DNA of 64,000 nucleotides from NCBI GenBank assembly GCA_051047955.1, contig JBPGPT010000001.1, positions 434,001 to 498,000 of the forward strand, read 5' to 3'. Below, piece after piece: positions 26,679 through 38,251 of this stretch. The position numbers were made by a program, and so were the translations under genes. Below the pieces are notes generated by a model. It did no database searches. It saw nothing but the letters and a program-made list of their open reading frames with translations, and had not been told where the DNA came from. The DNA comes from Cystobasidiomycetes sp. EMM_F5 (Eukaryota). Every line of letters begins with the position of its first letter. Position 1 is the first letter of the stretch.

Positions 26679-27169
26679 CGCAAGTCCTGAGAGAATAATC
26701 ATTCAGCGATGGACGCAATCCAAGCTGTTATCTGCATGAAATTCAGTGTGCCCCTCGAGCTCGATTGCTGTACCCCTATTTTGGATCTTGCGGTCCCGGC
26801 CGAACTGAGCTCGCATCCAGCTTTGTCCCAGACTAGGGCACAACATTACACCAGTCTGACTGCGACAAAGTGCAACATCATGAACGTCTAGCATCCTGCA
26901 CTGCGCCCCCCGACAACGGAGTGCGGCTGGCTCGCTTCAACCGGGGCTGGCTTTGAAATTAGGGGTGTATCCGATATTTTGTGAGGCTGCGGGCTGGTCG
27001 GACAACACTCACCAGCCAGGCAGCAAGCACGGCCGAGCTGCATTTGAGTCTGCTCTGGTTACTCTCCGGATATCCTCACTCTGTCCGACAAGCGACGAGC
27101 TCCCGTCTTATCGGCACTTCGCCCATCCCAACCTCTGTCACTATCACAACCCTTACCAACAACTCCAAC

Positions 27170-28255
27170 ATGCAAGTAGCCGCCCCAGCAATGCTGCCAT
27201 CGACAAGCAGAACCAGCTCCAGGAGTACCCCGTTATCTACTCCGGCCCTTTCGCCATCCTACACTGCCACCTCACTCGCCGAAGAGCACACATCCTACTT
27301 TTCATTCGGTCTGCTCCAGCCAGACGAGCTAGACGACCATTCTGAAGACGAGCAAGACAAAGCCAACAATGTGCCAGCAAAGTCTCCTGGTGGCTTCATG
27401 TCGGCTCTGCCGTCCTTTGCATCACTGCCGTCACTCCTCCGCAACGCAAAGAGCAGCAAGGGGTCAACGCTGTCTAGCAACACCGACACAACCCTCACAT
27501 CGTCAGACAACACCCACAACAGTATCAAAGTGAGCTCAGAGCCTGTCGGACAAATGAAACGTACATTGCTAACGTCTTTCGAGCAATCTCAGCCCACGTT
27601 GGACGACATGTCGTCATCACTCACCCACAACCGCAATCAGAAGTACATTCACCAAAACATCGACACTGGCGAACTGCCACACACAGACTACGATGCCATT
27701 GCACGATGGCTCGCTGCAAACACCCACGAACGCACAGACACAAACTCTGCCATCATTCACCCTCCTTATTCAGCAGTAGGCGCTTTCCGGCACATTGCCT
27801 ACCTCAACGACTGTGCTCCTCTTACTGCCAAAGAACTCGCTCATCATGACGACGAGAATGTAAGTTATGTTGGCAACAAACGGTACATTGGGGCGGAAGA
27901 GCGTGAAAAGGCTGTAAACCAAGGCGGCAGCCAATCGCGGAATCTAGGCAGCCTTCTCACTTCCTTCTTCTCCTCAAACCCATACTTTGTGCATAAGCGA
28001 GGCAACTCGGATGCCCGTTCAGCTTGCAGTGATATACCTAAGTCTGGCAGCGAAGTACCGCAATCTGCTGAAACTGCTCTTCGCAAGACTCTATCACGCA
28101 CAGAATCCTGTCGTCAGATCATGTCGACGTCGCAAATGCAAGAGTACAGTAGTGCCGGATCACCTCCGGAAACTTCTTACAGTACAGATTTGGTCAAGAA
28201 GCCATCGAAGCGCGTTCCCGTTACTGCAAAGGTTGCTGTACGCGGTCTCGAGTAG
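27170..28255 (+). CDS. Ser/Thr-rich, probably disordered hypothetical protein
   Basis: Long uninterrupted ORF (26981-28255), first ATG at 27170; no recognised domain. Confidence 0.7.
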   Translation: MQVAAPAMLPSTSRTSSRSTPLSTPALSPSYTATSLAEEHTSYFSFGLLQPDELDDHSEDEQDKANNVPAKSPGGFMSALPSFASLPSLLRNAKSSKGSTLSSNTDTTLTSSDNTHNSIKVSSEPVGQMKRTLLTSFEQSQPTLDDMSSSLTHNRNQKYIHQNIDTGELPHTDYDAIARWLAANTHERTDTNSAIIHPPYSAVGAFRHIAYLNDCAPLTAKELAHHDDENVSYVGNKRYIGAEEREKAVNQGGSQSRNLGSLLTSFFSSNPYFVHKRGNSDARSACSDIPKSGSEVPQSAETALRKTLSRTESCRQIMSTSQMQEYSSAGSPPETSYSTDLVKKPSKRVPVTAKVAVRGLE

Positions 28256-28963
28256 TCTATGTGCTTATTCATCCACAAGAGCAGTCCGTTCCTGCCTGTT
28301 CGCCATTAGACATTGACCGCTCATCTCAGGCACTTCGCCACCAATGTCGACATTTCACTCATTCGCCCTGGCAGTCTACGACTTTGGCTCGTAGAGTGTC
28401 CACCTTCCAGCGACGCCCTTGCTTTTCCGGACTGGCGTTTGCTCTGCCGTTCATCGCTTCCGCAACTTACTAGATTCGTGTTCGCTTTCCGCAAGGGTTA
28501 TTCTGCAAGCCGCAAACCGCAACCGCAAGTCGCAATTGCATTTCGTTTCTATCAGTTTCTACTAGTCTGTCGTTCTTTATAGCTACTCACGCTCGTTTAT
28601 ATAGTTGAATGCTTTCGTGCGAAGTTATCAAGTGGCATCCTAAACCTTAGGCCTGACGATCAGCTGCAGATTATGTTTGCACTTGTCTGCATGACCATCG
28701 AATTTGGGCAGAAGGACGGAAGCGAATGCCGTGTTTGTATTCAACTGAGACTGACAAGTACGGGTAGTATTCGCAATACTGGCGGGACTACGTTTGATAG
28801 GCGTCTCCGACCTCGACATATTTGCTCGCGTCTGCCTACCACAGTACACCATGACTACTAATGATTGGCTCAATTGACACCGACTAAGTCCAAGTTGATT
28901 TGTGCACGAGGCTACTGGGGCTTCTTGAGCTGCCGTCGCACTGCAAGGACTGCGGCTCTGCTT

Positions 28964-29962
28964 TTAAGCCGGCGTGACGAACGTATGTTTGGCTCGTGCG
29001 ACGTGCACAACGTTCGAGCTCGCATCCATGGCAAGCGAACTCGACATGCCTCCATCAGCAACGTCAGACAAGAACTCTAGGCCAGCGTAGGCGAAGGGCG
29101 CAGGTTCCGAATCAGTACCGAATTCGCGAGCGACCGCACAGGTCCCGGCGCATCGACAGTCATGGCGAGCATCAATAGGTTCCATCCGGTTGGCCAGATC
29201 AGCCAGTACATCTAGCAATGTCAATCCAGCAGGATTCGTTACTTCGCGCTCTTCGGGACCACCAACCTCGCTTGTGAGGACCATGCTCTGGCAATGATGC
29301 CTGCTAATGAGAGCGGACGATAGGATTGGATGCCCACCTAACGACTTGGGACCGAGCCCCCGATTGATGCCACCCAACCCCTGCGGTGCGGGAAGCATGG
29401 CCCAACGTTTAGGAATGATGATGCGATTTTGTGTATGAAGGCTGTCGCACAGCTTGAACAGCCGGCATTCGATTTCCTTGTCTGCATTCAGATCAGCCAG
29501 CACACTCAGAGTCGTTGAGTGTACTGCTTAGAGGTACGACAAATCAGCTTCATGAATTCGGAAAGACAGCTTGGAGCGGTTAACAACGAGCTTACTATGC
29601 GTGTATGATGACTCGTACTCCGCGCATGCTGGGCAATTCTTTACGTGCTTGGCGATACGGATGAAATGACGCCGCCAAGACAGGTGGCTGTAGGGATGTG
29701 TGTTGGGTTTTCCGATATCGAAGCGGCGCAGTAACGATTGAGTAGCGTCTTCCGTGCCGATTCTTGACCGCAGAGCTCTGCATGTCTGCGAGAGGGCTAC
29801 ATGGCTAGAAAAGTCCAAAAAGCGACCGAGGTATCCGAAGACGTCTCGGTTGACGAGAACAAAGTCTACCAGGTACGCAGTGGTTGGCCGCGTCATTACG
29901 GGGTTTCGTGCATGAGAGCTCTCCTCCTTGCTTGGCTGTCCATCGTGTCGTCTTGAAGTCAT
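28964..29962 (-). CDS. F-box-like hypothetical protein
   Basis: VNRDVFGYLGRFLDFSSHVALSQTCRALR F-box-like motif; second exon 28964-29503; ends approximate. Confidence 0.6.
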
Positions 29963-30222
29963 GTTAGCAAGTGACGCTTGATCTGACGTGCTCTTCGGCA
30001 ATGTGGCCTTCCTGTGAGGTTACGAAAGAAAAGGGCATCAGAATTCAACGACGACTGGATGAGACTGGTCACGAACCTCGTCACGGTCAGACTGACAGAT
30101 AGGTTGCACAATACCGGTCCAGTACACGTAAGTCGACCAAAGTGTACGGTAAAGCGGGTGCATGTCAGACATCAAGTCTTCACGGGCTAGAGTAGACCAG
30201 CTGCAGACAAGGATAGGGCGGA

Positions 30223-31026
30223 CTATCGTGATTGCCATTCAAAAGCTGTATTCCTTTCAGAAGAGCTCTTGATCTTCCATCCTTTGACAGCCACATTTTT
30301 CCAGCTGAGAGCCTTGCAGCTGATTGTAGCACTAAATTTCCGACAGTCGTTTCCGGCAAAGACAATGTAACCGTCGTCTGCAGACAGGATTTCTTCCGTG
30401 ACATCCGAAGGCGATCCATTCGACTCGTCTCGCTGCATCCTACTGGACTCAGTATTGTTGACGAAACCTTGCCATCGTAACCAGAACTTCGGGGACCGGA
30501 AGCTGTTTTTCGAGAACGTTGCGAAACGATCTGATGGTTTATCATCGCTGACCTTCGCCTCATCCTCGTCCTTGTCCTCGTCCTGTTCGTCATCACTGTC
30601 ATCATTGCCATGCTCTGCTTGATCGACACCTTCATTCACGTCCTGAGCGGCTGAGTCGTTGCCTTCAGAGTTCGTATCCAACCCGTCCTGCAGTGCTTCA
30701 ACGTTCTTCAACGCTTTTTGCATGGTCTTTCTGCTTGCTGCCAGTATGACGTTGCCTCGAAGAGCAGGCGACAAATCGATGTACGCTAACGCTGCAAGAC
30801 CATCTTCACTCAGTCGGAAGATGTCTAGAGTACCTTTGGAGGCATCGGCCGCCCTGCTGCCTTTGTGCAACTTCTGCAGGGCATTGCAAGATAATTCGTA
30901 CGTCCCGAATGTTTTTCTGACGTCAAAGGCGTTCTGCCCGTTACTCGAAGTCGAAGAGTTCTTGCCGCCTTTGGATCTGTTGTGGACGTGTCTTGAAGTC
31001 AAATACGCATCTTCAGTGTCCGACAT
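30223..31026 (-). CDS. Hypothetical protein with acidic central tract
   Basis: 267-aa single ORF with globular-looking N- and C-terminal parts (FSKNSFRSPKFWLRWQG, GYIVFAG) around a D/E-rich linker. Confidence 0.75.
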   Translation of the reverse strand: MSDTEDAYLTSRHVHNRSKGGKNSSTSSNGQNAFDVRKTFGTYELSCNALQKLHKGSRAADASKGTLDIFRLSEDGLAALAYIDLSPALRGNVILAASRKTMQKALKNVEALQDGLDTNSEGNDSAAQDVNEGVDQAEHGNDDSDDEQDEDKDEDEAKVSDDKPSDRFATFSKNSFRSPKFWLRWQGFVNNTESSRMQRDESNGSPSDVTEEILSADDGYIVFAGNDCRKFSATISCKALSWKNVAVKGWKIKSSSERNTAFEWQSR

Positions 31027-31357
31027 TGGTGGAGTTCACAAACTTTAGGCCGCTCTATACCAGTGATTTATAAAATTCTGGATTTGGCATATTTCCACTT
31101 CGAAGGCAGACTTGCAAGAAGCTTGTTCAGAAGAGTAGTCTTCATTGTAATATAGGAACGCATGGCTGAGTTCCATCTTGTTGATGTAATATTTCTCGGG
31201 TCTTCAGGGACCGGCTTCGTTGGCACCGGTGGTGCCGACAGTGCCCTTCTGACGCGCGACAATACAATAGCCCTTCTGCCAAAACAGCCTCATTACCATC
31301 TACAGCCTGCTCGCCTTCTTGTCGCTTACTCGGCAGCCTGCTCCACCCATTACGACC

Positions 31358-32516
31358 ATGTCTCCAGACTACCATGCTCCGGTCAACTCCCAGACTGTCT
31401 TTCGTAACGACATCTTCAAAGGCAAAGTGCTATTTTGCACTGGAGGTGAGTATATACACGACATCTCGAGTAGAGCTTTTGCTGAGTTGACTCTTGCTAG
31501 GCGCCAGTGGTATTTGCTATGGACAAACTGAGGCAATGATGCGACATGGGTGCTCGGCCGCCATTTTTGGACGACGGGCTGATCTCTCCAAGTCTTCCGC
31601 TGCCGCTTTGTCTAAAGCCACCGGACAGCGCTGTCTGGGTCTCAGCGGAGATGTCCGCAAGCCAGAGACTCTCAAGGCCGCCGTGGAGGAGACGCTCAAA
31701 GAGTTTGGAAGGATAGACTATGTCATCGCTGGAGCAGCCGGGAACTTTCTTGCACAGATTGAAAAGGCAAGCGAGAATGCGTTCAAGACGGTCGTCGAAA
31801 TAGATCTGGTGAGTCCCGCTGTTCAAGGCAACCCAGACGGGATACTGAGACATAATTGTAGCTTGGCACGTACAACACGCTCAAGGCTACACTAGGAGAA
31901 CTGAAGAAGACTAAAGGCAGCGTCATAGCTGTTTCTGCCACGTTGCACCGGGAAGGTAAGCCTTTAATCATAACGCAATTTCGAATCGATCTCAGCTGAA
32001 GTCTTCCGTTGTCTTGCACGCGCAGTCACCCTCCTGCAAGCTCACGCTTCTGCTGCCAAAGCTGGCGTCGATTCGCTGATTCGTACTACTGCTCTCGAGT
32101 ACGGGCCTTTTGGAGTTCGTGCAAACACAATTGCACCTGGTCCTATCGCAGGAACAGAGGGTATAGCGCGCTTATTGCCCAAGGATAGCCAAGCGACGGT
32201 CAAGAAGATTCCTCTACAAAGGATGGGGCACCTTCACGACATCGCTAATGCAACGGTATACCTGTTCTCCGATGCTGCCAGCTATGTAAGGACGGATGCA
32301 ATAGATCTACATCGTCACATACTGACTTCTACTTGCTCATAGGTAACGGGTGTAAACTTTATTGTCGATGGAGGAGAGGTTCGTATTCGTTTTCAAGGCG
32401 TTAGGTATTAGCTGAATTGCGGTCCTCACCATCAGCACTTCAATAAAATGCAAAACGCTATTGCACCCTATCCCGATACGCTTACCATGGACTTTAGACC
32501 AAAGGCCAAGATGTGA
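31358..32516 (+). CDS. SPS19: Peroxisomal 2,4-dienoyl-CoA reductase (SDR family)
   Basis: IFKGKVLFCTGGASGIC, IAGAAGNFLA, NAFKTVVEIDL.GTYN, SATLH, HASAAKAGVD, RANTIAPGPI.GTEG; C-terminal PTS1-like AKM*. Confidence 0.92.
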
Positions 32517-32653
32517 TGACAGCTACAGACACCGGTTTCAGTGATGGTCAATCTGGGTGCGGCAATTAGCTTGCAATGATGGCGCTATCGTGTATCATTT
32601 ACATTCAACAGTTTGATGATGTGCGGTAATACATTCTATGTTTCACAAGCGTA

Positions 32654-33598
32654 CTAGTAGGCCTTCTTCTTTTTCGACGCCGAACTAGCCGCTTGCTGCG
32701 TCTTACCCGCTACTTTAGCAAAGACGGCAATGATCCAGCGATACAGCAGATGGGCGCTCTCGCCCGACCACCCTCCAACCTGCTCTATATCGACCTTTTT
32801 CGCGCCCCCCAATTTCCACCCCTGCGTACTACCAGATCCGACACCGGCAGACGAACCAAAGATGTTGGTAAAGAACGACTGTCGCGCGTAGGGTGCGTCA
32901 GCAGACTTGTAGAATGCTGAAGCTTCTGGTGCAGTCGATTTTGGCCAGAATGACCCCGATGGGGGTATTTTGACTGAGAGATGCGTTGAGGGGGCTGTCA
33001 GACCGGACGAAGTAGCTGTGTTGGGAGGCTGATTGCTCAAAAGGTGATCTTCTAGTATTTGTAGATTTCGGAGATTCGACTTGAAGGCCAAGTCTACCAG
33101 GTCTCCGATAATGGGGATAATTCCGCTATGGGAAAGTGTTAATATCTCAGCTGTTGGACATCCAGCAAATTAATGAGCAGTCACTCAGACTTACACAAGC
33201 ACATCAATGATACAGTTTACGAGCATCTTCCATAAGCTCGCTGCGGGCAGACCAAACTGCATACAGAGGAGGACGACGTATAGACTGACAAAGAATCCGA
33301 TAATGTCGCCCGCAACAGGCAGCAGCGTTCCCAGCACAGCTTCTACGCCAAAACTGAATGGCAATTTATTCATGTAGGGCTGCAGGAACGGGATGGCAAT
33401 CATGTCGGATGCTGCATCTAGCCAGAAGCATAGTGTACGGATGTGAAAGTAGAGCCGTTGAGCCTCAGCGTCCGTGCGTGCTGCGGGTTGAAGGAGCAAG
33501 TTAGCTGCCTGACGGTATTCGAATTGGCATCGAAAACTGACGCTTTCTCGGCAGGGCAAAAGGCTGGGCGACGCTGCCTTTGATGGTGTCGACAGCAT
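32654..33598 (-). CDS. DUF4112-family membrane protein
   Basis: CFWLDAA..FGVEAVLGTLLPVAGDIIG..MLVNCIIDVLV.GIIPIIGDLVDLAFKSNLRNLQILEDHL; start approximate. Confidence 0.75.
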
Positions 33599-33805
33599 GC
33601 TTGACGTCGACTTTGGGTGTCTGAGGCATTGCGGCAGGTAATGCTTGCAAAATGTGTGTAGTGCAAAGTACGACTTGATGAAAGTGACGTACCGCCGGTG
33701 CCTGGCCTGCCACGACTGATGGAGCACTGATGGGCGTAATCGTTCGACGCTTGCCTGTCTTTTCACCCCAAGAACTCGCATATAACCTAGGGATACACTA
33801 ACAAA

Positions 33806-34795
33806 ATGGTCAAGATCGTAGCATTCGACATCTTCGGCACCTGCTTCGGTGAGTGAAATGCATTCTAGACAATGACCCAGCTGACAGTTGTCCGACAATG
33901 CCAGGTTTCTCAAATGTGGTCGATGCCCTGGAGCAACAGTTCGGCAGCGAGATCAAACAAGCTGGGACAACGCCCGCTCACGTCTTTATGGCTTGGCACG
34001 TCGAAAGATGATCCACTACAACATCTGCCGCTGATGTGACAGTTCTTCAGGTTCTATGCAGTGCAACGCGACTTCACCTATCTAAGCGCAATGGGCGAAT
34101 AGTGAGCAGCTTATACACAACGCGCAAGCTACTCCTCACACATGCCCTAATAGCACACCGATGCCCAAGGTCTGGGCCGCAACGCTCCCCCGCGCACTCG
34201 CAATTGCGTTAAACCCCGCTATTGATTACCCTTCAATGTCCCTCACATCTTCCTTCCCATCCGACAAACTCGCAAAAGTCGTTGAAGAAGTCAAGAATTT
34301 GCCTGCACGCCCAGGACTCGCAAATGCCTTCGATACCCTCTGGGAAGCAGGATATGAAATCTATGCAGTATCAAACGGAGCCAAAGAAGGGACAAAGAGG
34401 CTGCTCAGCAAGGTCGAAAGCAACCACAAAAAGGCCATCTTCACTGACGGCAGCTACGACAAATACATCATCAGCTGCGATGATGTACAGAATGCGAAAC
34501 CCTTCCTTGACATTGTAGGTTGACGCATAAGGAATGTCACTGCTCCCTTTGACGTGTCTCCTACTCTTACTAGTACCGCCAAACCCTGAAGCAAGCTGGA
34601 GCCGATGTCTCCAGCGACACCTGCTGGTTTGTAGCTGCGCACACATGGGATCTCGCGGCCGCGCGCAAAGCAGGCTTCAAGACTGCGTTCGTGACTTTTG
34701 AAGAAGTTGTGACTTGCGAGGAGATTTACGGCAAGCCAGACATTGTTGAAGATGGATTGGCAAAATTAGCAAAGGCAATTGTTGGCAGGATATAG
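33806..34795 (+). CDS. HAD-superfamily hydrolase (haloacid dehalogenase type II-like)
   Basis: Motif I VAFDIFGTCF, motif II AVSNG, motif III AKP, WFVAAHTWDLAAARKAGFKTAFV. Confidence 0.88.
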
Positions 34796-34821
34796 GCAAT
34801 ACAGGATATAATGTAACGGTT

Positions 34822-36655
34822 TCAAGACGTTGAACTCTCCGCGGTGTTGGAGCTACTCTGAGCTCGTTTGCGTTTTGTACCGTTGGTTTTCTGGCCACTC
34901 CCAAAGTGAGCCTAGATCGATGTACGAGCGGACGCGTAACGTAACCTACCAGCTTAGCACTCAACTCAGCATAAGATGAGACGTGCATTGCACCTTCGGC
35001 CACCTCACAAGCCGGCACATGCTGCATATCTACCAACACAATTGTCCTATCACAAACGAAAGGTACCGTGTAAGTGTCTCGATCTTACTGCCTGATACAG
35101 GATGTCTCACCATGTGGGTACACTCAGTTCTGGCTTTGTTGCTACGAGAGAGGCGGTGCATCCAAGTCCAGGCGGGTCGAATCTGACAGAGTGTGAGACC
35201 ATGTCAGTACATGATATGCTTGATAGAAGCGGGTGCATTACTCTGGTTTCTTCCAATTGCGACACATCAAGCGGATCGTAGATCTGCCCTGCCCTCCCAG
35301 GTTGTACAGGCGATGACCTTGCTGTTCAGACCATGTCTTTGCATACGTGATCAAGTCTTCTTCTGACGAGAAGATCATGCCAACAACCGGCTTAGGCAAT
35401 GGCTCTTGACGCTTCACCATTTCAATATGCTTTTGTGAGATATACTTTTGTGGGGAATTTTTCTGGGGAGACTGCTTCGGCGAAGTGGAGATCGCTGTTG
35501 AGGGGCGTCGGAGCTGTGCCAGACTGTTCATAACAGCCGTCTCTTCACCGTCGCTGGACTTTACTCAGCTGAAGGCATTTGATTCCGAGGGAGAAAAGCT
35601 TACTCTGTATCGTGATCATCGTCCTGGTCATCTTGCTCAGGAGCGGTGTCCTGCCATTTTGGTGGGTCATCCATGCTGACCGCCGCCTTGCTGCTCTGTA
35701 GCGTCTCCCTTTTCTCCCGCAATGATCGCTTGCCATTCTTGGATTCGTATTTTTTGCGGGGCCTGGTATCCTTTGAGCCTTTGGGACGGCCTCTGGGCCT
35801 TGGTGCTGCTGGCACATCGGGTTGCTCATTAGATGGGGTCGCGTTGGACGAGGCAGGCGTCATATCTCCGTGATCACTGTTCTGGGTCGAGTTGGATGAC
35901 CCTGGTAGCACGTCTGCTTGAACCGTTGGCGCGTTCCGCTTCAGTCGTTTCATTGTCCTGGAGCGTTCTTCTTTGTCCTTTGCGCCTTTGGGGCGACCTC
36001 GTTTACGCGGTGCGGAGTCTTCGGTATCTTCGGCCGTGACCGCAGGTGATGCATTGTCTCTGCTGCTCGGAGACCCATTGTCGTTCGACATGGTCTGATG
36101 TTCGATATGACCGGCGGCGCCTGGACCGTCATGAGAGACGTGCTGCATCGTCGAATTTGATCCGGCTACCAGATCGCTATTATTGATTTTCATGTTACTA
36201 AAAGGTGTGTTTTTTGACGGATACGAAACTGTCGCCCATGCTTGCGGTGTATTCGTCAAGACTGAAGGATTAAGGCTATTAGCCGTCGTGGGAAAGGACT
36301 GCTCAGCCTGAGTAAGATGACCATGATAAGGAAAAGGCGTGGGATTGAGAGCTTGCTTGACTGCTATCGGGACAGCATGATCTGGGAAAGCCGGTCGATG
36401 TTGCGAGGAAGCCGAAGGAAAGGGTTGGAGCGGAACAGGCGGGTAGTACTGCGTCTCTTGATGAGGCAGGGGGCCTAGCTGCTGATGTACGAACGGAAGC
36501 TGGGCGTATGAGTAGCCTGTACCGCCGGCGCTGGGCGGGTTTGCTTGCACAGGCGAGCTCGACATCTCGGACTGTCGCTGTTGATTCTGGACATTTTGCT
36601 GCTGGTGCTGTTGCTGTTGCTGTTGCCCACTGAACAAGGCAAACAGCGCATTCAT
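34822..36655 (-). CDS. Putative DNA-binding protein: Q/P-rich N-terminus, two AT-hooks, C-terminal FAR1/WRKY-GCM1-like Zn finger
   Basis: RKRGRPKG and RPRGRPKG AT-hooks; spliced C-terminus VGMIFSSEEDL..AKTWSEQQG..IRLMC..GCTASL..WTIVLVDMQHVPAC; 3' end approximate. Confidence 0.65.
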
Positions 36656-36779
36656 TGCTGCCAGCGCGTCACGCCAGTAACGGTAGAAAGCAAAAGTGTA
36701 ATAAACGTATTATGATAAAATCTAAGACGCGTGCTGAACTGCGGAGAGTGACCCTATCCGTACTCTTCCTGTGAATTTC

Positions 36780-37293
36780 TTGCCTTCTAGCATTTGCAGA
36801 CCGTTGAATAAGCTGGATGAGGCTGACAATTCTGTCTCCACTATAGCTCGTCTAGAGTTATACAACCTTTTTCAAAAGACGGCAGACGTACAAGACCACG
36901 TTCTTGACCCAAGACCGCCCACTACAGCAATCAAGCGTACGACGAGCGTGCGTCCGTATCTGTTGACTTGGCTTTACCAAAATTTAGACTCTATAGCCTG
37001 ACCGCCCGCAAGGGATATGCTGCCGGCTTGCTTTTGGATGCTCGAGCGTGTTCATTCACATTGCAGCTACAGGTTTGCTCGTTGATGAAGTCGCGTATCT
37101 TCGGCCAGTAGAAATCGCGCTGAATGAATTCGAAAGTCTTGACCTGTCCGGGATAAGCAGCCTCGACAAAATTGTACTGTAAGCCGACTGTATGGACTTT
37201 AACTTCTTCGCAATCGGGCATGCAGATGAGAGATCGGTACAAAAGAAGAAATCTTCGACTTGTCGAAGTTGTGGACTTGAAGTCCATCGTCAC
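36780..37293 (-). mobile_element. Degenerate Ty3/gypsy-type LTR-retrotransposon integrase fragment
   Basis: AYPGQVKTFEFIQRDFYWPKIRDFINEQTCSCNVNEHARASKSKP resembles the integrase Zn-binding region (HPG..KT..L.R.YYWP.M..DV..YV.SC..CQ..K) with lost ligands, followed by stop codons. Confidence 0.65.
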
Positions 37294-37674
37294 AACGATC
37301 TTGATGCGCCAGCGAAGTCGGTGAGATTTGAAATAAGGTCGGAAGTAGCTAGGTCGCCAGTCAGAGACGCTTTGAAATGATCCATAAGGTCGGAAAGTTG
37401 AGATTGAACAGTCGTAGAAAGCAACGTAGTTCGGACAGCGCTTTATGTTCGGCTTCCGATGCTCTACCCTCCGCCGCAGATTCGGGAGTAGCTAGACTAT
37501 GCTCCCCCCAGATAAGACCAACGTATTGTGAGAGCGAGGCTACGCCCCGTCTGCACGAGCACCATTTCCATGCCGAGGCTGATTGTCACTGATACTGACG
37601 AGATGAGCGCTCCAGCAACGGATACGTGAGGTTTGATCCGCTCAAGCCGGGATGAGGATACTCGTAGAATAAGC

Positions 37675-38076
37675 CTAGAAATTGCTCTCCTTCTTGACCT
37701 TCTTTTTCTTTTTCTTCGGCTGGTCAGCAACGCTCGTATGGTCGCCAGTCACATTGGAAGCTCCTTCAGGCAAATCAGAGATGTCGAGTCTACTAATTGG
37801 ATTGACAGCACTGTCGTCTGTAGCAGAAATAATCCACCCCTCCTTTTGCTGAGTCTCTGGCTTGACCTTTTTGCGCTTCTTGACGTTGACTATTTCTTGC
37901 TCAAGACCGGCTTGCAGACGTGTCAAGCTGGCTGTTGTCGTGTGATCCGCCAATGCACCTTCCGGTGCTGTCAGAAATGCTGTTATGTGTTCAAGAGCGG
38001 TAGCGTTGGATACCGGCTCGCAACGGTCTATGCGAATGTCGAGCGAAGCCCAGAGGAGCTGTGCGTTGCCAGACAT
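37675..38076 (-). CDS. Small Lys-rich nuclear protein, possibly RNA polymerase I subunit A14-like
   Basis: 133-aa ORF; N-terminal pattern I..C.PVS..TA..HI..FL...SL.RLQ..L and KKKKKK tail; the family call is tentative. Confidence 0.45.
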   Translation of the reverse strand: MSGNAQLLWASLDIRIDRCEPVSNATALEHITAFLTAPEGALADHTTTASLTRLQAGLEQEIVNVKKRKKVKPETQQKEGWIISATDDSAVNPISRLDISDLPEGASNVTGDHTSVADQPKKKKKKVKKESNF

Positions 38077-38251
38077 GATCCGTGATGATGTCACAAGATA
38101 ATAAGAAGAAGAGGCTGCTTGACGAGTTGGTGGATGGCTTGGGTGACGACCACTCGCAGTGCAAAATGGGAATCAGCCCACGTGACCTACGTAAACCTGA
38201 GCTTCAGGCTGCTCGTTAGCCTCTTCGCCTGCAAACGATGCTCGTATAGCC

